Shown piece by piece: positions 1 to 7,077 of a stretch of 7,077 nt of DNA. The DNA is taken from NCBI GenBank assembly GCA_051294375.1, contig JBJCIZ010000411.1, positions 1 to 7,077 of the forward strand, in the 5' to 3' direction. The translations under genes were made by a program, and so were the position numbers. The notes under the pieces are model-generated. The model was not told the origin of the DNA, did no database searches, and saw only the letters and a list, made by a program, of their open reading frames with translations. Numbering within the stretch: the first letter of the stretch is position 1; each line of letters starts with the position of its first letter. Origin of the DNA: Paraspadella gotoi (Eukaryota; Animalia; Chaetognatha).

Positions 1-1110
1 TTTTACTGGACGATCGTCTTTAAACTGGTAGAAGTTTAGTATTTTTTTTAGTCCAAACCCCACATGTATTATTAAAAGAATGGCCCGGTTAACCAGTTGT
101 ACCTTATCGCTTCATCTTGGTCTAATGATCAAGGAACTTACATTGATAAAGAACAAATTTAATAACTATTTATAAGTTTTCAAATTTGCCCATATTGGTA
201 AACTGTCCAAGACATGATTTAGTTATTTTGAGAATTCAGGGAAATAAAACGGATTTCACCAAAATAGGTGCGAAATGAAAAGATCAAATACTGTAGCTAA
301 ATAATTTGTTATAGCAACTTCAGATTTTGCCCTCTAATAGAGAAATCGCTGACGTTTTTTTATTTTTCAACTCCCAGTACTCCAGCTTGTTTACTTTCTA
401 AGTTATATGCTCGTCAATGGCAGGGTTATAAGATATCATTTTTACAAATTTGGTTCATCACGCGCGTGCGAAACTTTTCCAAAATTGTCTTACATGTGAA
501 TGCACGTAACGTCCGGTTACGCCTGTGGCCAACGATACTTCCGGTTCGCGGCGGACGCTCTGATCGAGATGGCGCTTACGGGTTGATCCCGTGAATCTAG
601 CAGTCAATCTATTTATCATTGGTAAATTGTCCGTATATTTACATTTCTTGGTATAATGTTTTTTAAATTTGAAGAGATCGTAATTATTGTTGTAACAGAA
701 CCGTTCAATATAAGCAGTCCCTGAGCTTCGGATCAATGTCTTTGCTGCTAGGCGACTACCTGACCTTTGGGTTGGGAGGCGAATGACTTGCCTCCAGCAT
801 CAATGGCCGCTGATGAACGGTTGGTGGATTTTAGTCCACCATACATCAAATTTATTTGGCACAACGTCGCTTCATAGGTTTCCGTTTGACAAACCAAGTC
901 TAAGAAGCCATCGGCGGCAGGTAATTTGCAGTGCCTCTGCGGAGCTTTGGCAAGCGCCAGTTAGGGCCTTTCAGGGTCTTCCGACGCCTTGAATCTCAGA
1001 ACCGATGGCGATGCAGGGGAATGCCCCTTACAGTATGGCTGCTTGGGTCCGGAGATTTCCGGCGAATCACCGGATTTGATTTCCCCGGAACAAAAGAATT
1101 TAAATCTCCG

Positions 1111-1194
1111 AAAAAGAAAAAAAAAAGGAAAAAAAAAAACAAAAAAAGAGGAAAAAAAAATAAAAAAGGAGAAAAAAAAAAAAAAAAAACAAAA
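1111..1194. repeat. Poly(A)-rich low-complexity tract
   Basis: Almost pure A with scattered G/C/T; produces the poly-Lys stretches in ORFs 931..1494 and 989..1210. Confidence 0.9.
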
Positions 1195-1243
1195 CGTGGT
1201 GTGTGTGTAAGAATTTTCTTTGTTCTTATTAAGAATTTTTTTA

Positions 1244-1274
1244 GTCGGATCTGCTTATTCCAGCAGATCCCGAC
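1244..1274. other. Hairpin, 12-bp stem with one bulged C, 6-nt loop
   Basis: GTCGGATCTGCT-tattcc-AGCAGATCC(C)GAC, directly after TTTTTTTTA. Confidence 0.75.
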
Positions 1275-1421
1275 CTCCTCTAATAACTCACTTTTTCCGG
1301 TCTTCCGTTCCCGGGTTCCCCGCCCCGCGCCCCCTCAATATATGTCGGGGGACACAACACCTATATCATGTCCAGGAACATTCGGAATTATGAATAAATA
1401 TGCAAAAAAAAAAAATGAATT

Positions 1422-1485
1422 GTCCGTCCGTCCGTCGGTTCTGGTCCGTCCGTCCGTCTGTCCCCGTCCGTTCCTCGTCCGTTCC
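1422..1485 (+). repeat. Imperfect (GTCC)n microsatellite
   Basis: gtccgtccgtccgtcg...gtccgtccgtccgtctgtccccgtccgttcctcgtccgttcc; a short remnant recurs at ~2030-2049. Confidence 0.85.
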
Positions 1486-1490
1486 ACCTT

Positions 1491-2640
1491 TTAGCAAAAA
1501 ACACCAATTACTCGTGAATTTGGATGATGGCTATTTTTTTTTTAAATGAATTTTGTGTGAGGGTAGTGTGTTTGTTGTGAGCATGCGGTTAAGTGTTGTT
1601 GGATTCGAGCTGGATATTGAAAGTCTTTCGATGGGGGAATCGTCCGAGTGGAAAATGAAGTTGTTTAAATGGAAAAAAAAACAAAAAAAAAATAATTTCA
1701 CTATTTGAAACACCAATTGCTCATGAGTGGTGGGAGGCGCTCTGATTGACTTGGAATTTTTGAATGTTGGGTTAGGGGGAAAAGTGTTGATTATTGAACA
1801 GGAAAACCAAGTTTCGATGGAAATAGTTTGAGTGTGCGAAAATGAGTTTTTTGTTTAAATGGAAAAAAAAAAACAAAAAAAAAAACCTGTTTTACTAATG
1901 ATTATGCTTCCCTTTTCCTTTATATTAATGTAATATGCCAGGTGTTATTAATAAATCAAATAATTTAATCAGTAAATTAATCAATTAGTTAAAAATAAAT
2001 ATCAATAATTAATTAATTTAGTCAATCAATCCGTTCCCATCGTCCCCATCTTAGCCAAAAAAGCTCCCAATAACTCCGTATTGGCTGGTTGATGGAATTA
2101 AATTTTGTGTGCTATGTTGAGTTAGGGTTGAGATGGAAAAGGTGTTTGATAACAGCTGGATATAAAGTTTCATGAATCGTACGTTCGCAGAGGTGATGGA
2201 AATTTAGTTTTTTTTAAATTGGAAAAAAAAACAATAAGTTCGGAAATTTTACCCTAAAATCTTTTTTACTTTGATTTTTTTTAACCAAATATAAATTTAC
2301 TCTAATTTAATCATAATTGGATGGATAGATTGAGTTTTGAAATTTTGTTTGGTTGTGATGGTTGGAAATGTGTTTTTGTACGCAGCTTTGCTTGATATAA
2401 AGTTTCAGTTGGAAACGTACCAGTGAAATGAGTTTGAATGAAAAAAATTATGAGTTCACAAATTACTTTGAAATTCTTTTATTTTTATTTTTAACCCATG
2501 ATAGTAGATGAGAAATAAATTTCGTGAGCAGTAGGGAAAGAGAGTGTGAAGAAGCTAGATATAAAGTATTTGACGGAAATGCCAAGTTGAAAAAATTATG
2601 CAAGTTGAAAAAATGATATTTTTGCAATGTTAAAAAAAAT
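1491..2640 (+). repeat. About five degenerate direct copies of a ~160-240 bp unit (starts ~1491, ~1705, ~2051, ~2281, ~2491)
   Basis: Collinear shared words: AAACACCAATT (1499, 1708); TTTCGATGG (1626, 1812); TTGTTTAAATGGAAAAAAAA (1661, 1851); AATTTTGTGTG (1549, 2101); AGCTGGATAT (1608, 2154); GATATAAAGTTTCA (2159, 2394); AGCTAGATATAAAGT (2553). Confidence 0.75.
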
Positions 2641-2680
2641 TCCTTAAAAGCATAAGGATCGTCGCTATTGGCATTAAAAA

Positions 2681-2771
2681 AAGAGAGAGAGTGAGGATGA
2701 GAGAGGGAGGAGAAGTGTGACAGAGAGAGACGAAAGAGAGAGAGAGTGACGGAGAAGAGAGAGAGAGGAGA
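2681..2771 (+). repeat. Imperfect (GA)n purine tract
   Basis: agagagagagtgaggatgagagagggag...gagagaggag; similar tracts at ~3051-3094, ~3241-3335 and ~4756-4898. Confidence 0.85.
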
Positions 2772-2903
2772 CATAAATAAAAAAAATCTTAAAGACTCAA
2801 GATCGAGTCAGAGCACTATCAAAGAATTAATTAAAAAAACCCCGGGAAAAAAAAAAACGAATGAATCATGCGATAACGAATTATTGATGTAATAGGAAAA
2901 TTG

Positions 2904-3024
2904 ATGATTGCATTCGATGATAATCAATTATTTGATGCATGATAGTCATTCACTGCTGTGATGATGTCATTCACTGTATGCGCATGATTGTCATTTCATT
3001 GATGCGGATTGATATCAATTTATT
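2904..3024 (+). repeat. Degenerate ~22-24 bp minisatellite, 3 clear plus 2-3 decayed copies
   Basis: atgatagtcattcactgctgtg (2939-2960), atgatgtcattcactgtatgcgc (2961-2983), atgattgtcatttcattgatgcgg (2984-3007); weaker atgataatcaattatttgatgc (2917-2938). Confidence 0.75.
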
Positions 3025-3050
3025 AAAACAAACAAATTGCGTGTATGAGT

Positions 3051-3335
3051 GAAAGAGGAGAGAGAGAGAGAAAGAGAGGAGAAAGAAAAGAGAATAAATC
3101 ACGGGAAAATCTCGGAAATGATGAAAATATGGGATTTTGTTATTGAAAAAAATGCAGCGGAAATAAATCGTAATAATGAAAAGTTTTTAGAAGAAAAAAA
3201 TAATCAGAAGAATTTTTTCAAAAAAACAAACGATCACGCAAGAGATCGGACAGGAGAGGACAGACACACACAGAGAGAAAAAGATGAGAGAGAGACAGCC
3301 GTCTGAGCAGAGCAAAAAAGCGAGGAAGAGAAAAG
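3051..3335 (+). repeat. Two further GA-rich tracts with A-rich spacer
   Basis: (GA)n-like at ~3051-3094 and ~3241-3335; explains the E/R/K-rich ORF 3049..3306. Confidence 0.75.
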
Positions 3336-4207
3336 GCTCGACAGCCCCTTTTACTCGTTAAAGAATCCAGCCAGTACCTAATGTAGAGATGGGCAGCACT
3401 CAAGAACACAAAAAAAATTTATTTTGAATGAAATCGAAACAATGATATTTAGATGTGATGATAGTATGATTTAACTAAGTTATCATAAAAAAATATTTGT
3501 TTCATATATCTCGTCGATTTTTTTTTCTTGGTGGTAATACTAGTATAATATAGGTTAATAATATAATTATTATTTGTAGTTATTTTTATTCTTCTAAAAA
3601 TAAAAGTTAAATTTTGAAAAATAAAAATTTTTATAAAAATACCATGTTTATTAAAGATTCAGATCTTCATTAAGATAAGTTGAATCAAAAAACTATAAAC
3701 ATTGGGCTATCAAATAAGTTTTGTCGTCATCTTCAATGTTAATAAAAATAAGGAAAAAAAAGCAGGTGTAAATTTTTGACTTGTTTTATCTCTGTGGGTA
3801 GAAACATTCATATATGATTAAAACGTGTGTTAGTCATTTTTTGTGATGCTAACATTAAAATATCATATAACCATACTTTGTATAAAAGTTTTCTTAGTTT
3901 TTACAGCGAATCAACAATCAGGTTCTCTGTGTAAAAATAAAAAAAAAAATTATTTTTGAAATTTACGATTTTATATTAATGGGATATACTACAATAAATA
4001 ATTGAATTTGCTATACTGTTTTATTTTATGCCTTATACAAAATTAACGCGATTAAGAAGTTCGATTTAATTTATAATGTCCATAGGCCAGCAAAAAAAAT
4101 AATGTTCAATCACTCAATTCTTTTCATCACTGCCACCCTTCGAGTATTAAACCATATGCGCCGGAATGTTAGCGTAGCTTCATTCTCTACCAAAAAGGAC
4201 TCGGTTC

Positions 4208-4355
4208 GGGTGGGGGAGGAGGGGGATGGTGGGTAGAGGAGGGTCTGGTGGTGGCGGAGGGGGAGAGGAGTGGGGTAGGAAGGAAACAAGGACGGGCGGG
4301 CAGTGAGGTGTGAGAGGGGTTTAGGGGGGTGGGCGGTCGGGGGGCGGGGCGGGGC
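4208..4355. repeat. G-rich low-complexity tract
   Basis: Many G3-G6 runs, ending in ggggcggggcggggcg; abrupt contrast with the AT-rich flank. Confidence 0.85.
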
Positions 4356-4420
4356 GCACCCCGTCCTCCGGTTAAATAATAGAAGGAGAAAAAAAAAAAT
4401 ATAAGGTATCTAACAAGGGT

Positions 4421-4625
4421 CCCCCCCCCCCCCCCCCCCCCCCTCCCTCCCCCCCCCCCTCCACGCTCCCCCTCCTGCGCCCCCTTTTTTTTTTTTTTGG
4501 GGGGTTTCCTTTTCTTATTCCCCCCCTCTCGCCCACCCCCCCCCCCCCCCTCCCCCTCCCCGCCCCCCCCCCCACCCCCGCCCCCCCCCGCCCCCCCCCA
4601 CCCCCCCCCCCGCCCCCCCACCCCC
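4421..4625. repeat. Poly(C)-rich tract with internal T run
   Basis: C runs, the first exceeding 20 nt (4421-4443); T run at 4485-4498; source of the poly-Pro/poly-Gly ORFs. Confidence 0.9.
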
Positions 4626-4705
4626 GGAGGGCGGCGTAGGGGGTGTATGCCCCCCCGGCGGCGCCATTCGGTTTTGACATTATTGAGCCCACATATCTAA
4701 AATTT

Positions 4706-4898
4706 AAAAAAAAAAAAAAAAAAAAATAAAAAAAAAAAAAAAAAAAAAGACGCACGAGAAGAGAGAGAAAGAAGCTGGACAGACGCGTGCAGAAGCCGGA
4801 ACCTTCGTTTTAGACAAATCAAGAGAAGCCATGTGACGGAAGAAAAGAGAGAGAGAGACGAGCCGCACAATATGATTTAAAAGAAAAGAGAGAGAGAT
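4706..4898 (+). repeat. Poly(A) run followed by GA-rich tract
   Basis: A run 4706-4748 with one T, then interrupted (GA)n. Confidence 0.85.
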
Positions 4899-5255
4899 GC
4901 AGCGACATATAATTAAAAACGGTTTTTTTGTATTGTTGTAAAGTAAATATAAACAAGATACGATATATTGATATTGAAACATTGATGAATTTTAATTAGA
5001 TCTTGAATTCATTTAGAACCATATATGAAATTTCAAATCTCCACTATGCATATCACCTACTTCAGAAGCCAGTGATTGCAAAAAAGCGTGACCGAAAGCT
5101 TAAAACGAATCAAAATCTAGCAGGACGCGGCTTTGACCCGCCCTGTCGCTCGATAATAGAGGATATTCTGTCTCTGATAAAAGTGGTAAAGTAAACACTT
5201 TACATGAACTGTCCTTGACTCAATTTTAAGGACATCAGACTATGACGAGGCTGAG

Positions 5256-5346
5256 TATTAAATTATAATTAATTATTAAAATTAATAATTATATTAATTC
5301 TATTAATTAATTATATAATTAATTCTACCTCTAATTAATTAATTAT
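5256..5346. repeat. Near AT-only (TAAT/TTAA)n tract
   Basis: About 90 nt with only a few C and no G; a similar TTAA-rich stretch lies at ~1945-2020. Confidence 0.85.
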
Positions 5347-5571
5347 AGCGTAGGCCGATTCGACATTGTTTGCTCACTTGTTCTTTCTGACATTGTTACA
5401 TTAGTAACTTCTGGGACCTATGAGGCACCCTCGTCAGTCGCTATTTCAACTAATGTCCTTTAAGTTACACGAAGGAGACGGCGGTGAAGGAAAACGTATT
5501 TCGGCCTATTCTAGTCATATTTTAGACACTTGAACCCGCACATTGACCTTATTTATCGAACCGGCGACCCG

Positions 5572-5658
5572 ACCTCTTTCACTCTCTCTTCTCTCCTCTT
5601 GCTAGCCCTCTCTACTCTCTCTCTCTCTCTCATCTCTATTCGCCTTCTCTCTCTCTTT
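5572..5658 (-). repeat. Imperfect (CT)n tract, i.e. (GA)n on the minus strand
   Basis: ctctctcttctctcctctt...ctctctctctctctcatctct...ctctctctcttt; opposite strand to all upstream GA tracts. Confidence 0.85.
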
Positions 5659-6232
5659 AGTGTCGCTCTGCACTTTTCTTAGGTTAGCGACCTTTTACTG
5701 GATTATTATATCTCGAGATTCTTTTTTCGCGACTTAAAGGAGAACCGTCACAACTATTTTTTTTCACAGAATTCTGATTATACTTTTGGACGTGCCTCGA
5801 ATTTTTCACCATTGTTTACATCGTATTTTTCTTCCTCGTCAACCAAAAATAAACAATATTTTCTCACGGATTATTTTCTGCGTGTTGTTTACAATTCTAC
5901 GGCGAGAACGATATGTCAATATTCGATAGTATAGAGACTTCGTCAAAAGAGTAATTCTCTCGCGAAAGACTGTCTTTTGACCGTCGACAAGTGCTCGAGC
6001 AGAATATTTAGAGAAATACCATCGTCTTTTTCCTGTGGCCCGATTTCGATTAAATGTACCGATCGACGTCTTGGATTACGTCTAGGTTACTGAAATAAAA
6101 TTTCATTAAATCTGTTCACGGCGCTTCAAAATTATTGGCAAAAAAAACGAACCGAAAAAATTAGCGCCTTCCGCACGGGGATCAACTTTCGCGCTCAACG
6201 AGCTAAATAAGTTGCGGTTAATCATAAATTTT

Positions 6233-6246
6233 GAACTACGTAGTTC
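6233..6246. other. Perfect 14-bp palindrome
   Basis: GAACTAC|GTAGTTC; function unknown. Confidence 0.6.
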
Positions 6247-6629
6247 TAATCTTTAGTCCGACGGAATCGACGGTAAAACCGAAATCCTCGTATCCGGGCC
6301 ATATATAGAAATTTAACGGGTTAAATTACGAAGCCCGGGACCTAACGAGAAGAACAAGGTGATATCGGAAACGAATTCATAATGAGATATGTGAATATGA
6401 TCACTGAATAAATAACTTAAATAAGTGATTGATGATAATTTAATAGCAAATGGGGGATTAAGTTTTACTTGAACATTTATTCATTTATACTTATAAATAG
6501 ACCATTATAAAGTGGGGTAAGGTTATAAATTTGCGCTGAGGGCAACAACAACGAGACTGACCTTAACCAAGTCATAACCTTAAAATTTAACTAGGTAAGG
6601 TTACTGACCTTTTAATGACCTTACCTTCT

Positions 6630-6650
6630 TAATATTGTTTAACAATATTA
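6630..6650. other. Perfect 10-bp inverted repeat with 1-nt spacer
   Basis: TAATATTGTT-T-AACAATATTA; function unknown. Confidence 0.65.
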
Positions 6651-7077
6651 CTTTATTTTCTACATTCGATCATTGGGACTGCTCCTGACTCTACCGACAC
6701 ATAACGGGTGAACCCGTGGCTTTACTAGCGATAGTTAAAACACCCAACACTTATAATTCTATAACACTGGTCTTAGATAAAAAATTCTCTTCTCCAAACG
6801 ATTAACATTGATCATTCCGCTCCTTAAAAACCTCTCCCGGCGTTGTGGCGCCGTTTCCAGCTCCCTCGCGATCGCCGGCGTCGCCCGGTTCGAGGCCGTC
6901 ACTGGTCCTATCACCGACTAGCATCTTGGGAGATCAGATCTTCTCTCGTGTGCTATAGTGCCGTCCTTATCCACCGTCCATATAGCTAGTCCGCCACGCC
7001 ACAACGCGGTCTCGATCCGGCACCTGAGGACTCGGAGCTACTCGCCAAGAGGCGCCTTGGAATGGCTCTGACGAAGC

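Larger units (their letters stand above)
1235..2640 (+). mobile_element. Putative degenerate non-autonomous Helentron-associated element (HINE / DINE-1 / pearl-like)
   Basis: Seen: T-run then hairpin (1244-1274), TTCC(G)-rich stretch (~1295-1320), CCCCC..GGGGG mini inverted repeat (1330-1351), (GTCC)n tract (1422-1485), then degenerate tandem units. Established: DINE-1/HINE/pearl elements show subterminal inverted repeat - GTCY microsatellite - central tandem repeats and insert at T-rich sites. Family assignment is inference. No 3' terminus was identified, so the right end is approximate. Confidence 0.4.

Noticed and set aside
458-992. ORFs 458..736 (-) and 783..992 (+) in a moderately GC-rich patch
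   Set aside because: Short, with no recognisable motif; consistent with chance ORFs. A decayed gene cannot be excluded without BLASTX.
505-1110. Short inverted repeats (CGTAAC/GTTACG 505-521; CGGAGATTT/AAATCTCCG 1050-1110)
   Set aside because: Lengths of 6-9 bp are expected by chance in 7 kb.
1244-1274. Rho-independent terminator
   Set aside because: No T tract follows the stem on either strand and there is no upstream gene.
931-1494. 187-aa ORF (and overlapping 989..1210) with poly-Lys
   Set aside because: Open because of the poly(A) tract and GTCC microsatellite; non-ATG start; no recognisable domain.
1491-3024. CRISPR array interpretation of the repeats
   Set aside because: No identical 23-47 bp repeats with regular unique spacers, and no cas-like ORF.
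1531-3409. ORFs 1531..1716, 2463..2774, 3049..3306 and 3218..3409
   Set aside because: They lie within repeat units or (GA)n tracts (SL and ER dipeptide runs) and show no coding signal.
4187-4982. Gly-, Pro- and Phe-rich ORFs
   Set aside because: Direct translations of G, C and A homopolymer tracts.
5003-5194. 63-aa ORF and a faint tRNA T-arm-like word (ggctttgacccgcc, ~5129-5142)
   Set aside because: TTG start with no motif; no TTCRA consensus and no cloverleaf on either strand.
4750-5700. Large fold-back centred on hairpin TGTCCTT..AAGGACA (5210-5234), pairing the GA and CT tracts
   Set aside because: The intervening unique sequences are not convincingly reverse-complementary, and the poly(C) block has no poly(G) counterpart at ~5820-6020.

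Overview
No credible protein-coding or RNA gene is visible. All supplied ORFs are short or arise from homopolymer/microsatellite tracts. The window looks like AT-rich, eukaryote-style non-coding DNA with signs of low sequence quality or composite origin: very long A, C and G runs, repeat copies differing mainly by indels, and abrupt compositional switches. The best-structured part (~1235-2640) has a T-run plus hairpin, a (GTCC)n microsatellite and about five degenerate copies of a ~160-240 bp unit. This order resembles non-autonomous Helentron-associated elements (HINE / DINE-1 / pearl type), inferred from architecture only. Downstream are GA tracts, a ~22-bp minisatellite, a G-rich/C-rich block and an AT-only tract. 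After ~5350 CpG strongly exceeds GpC and the purine tract flips strand, which may be a host signature or a polarity/assembly artefact. I found no supportable novel gene system.
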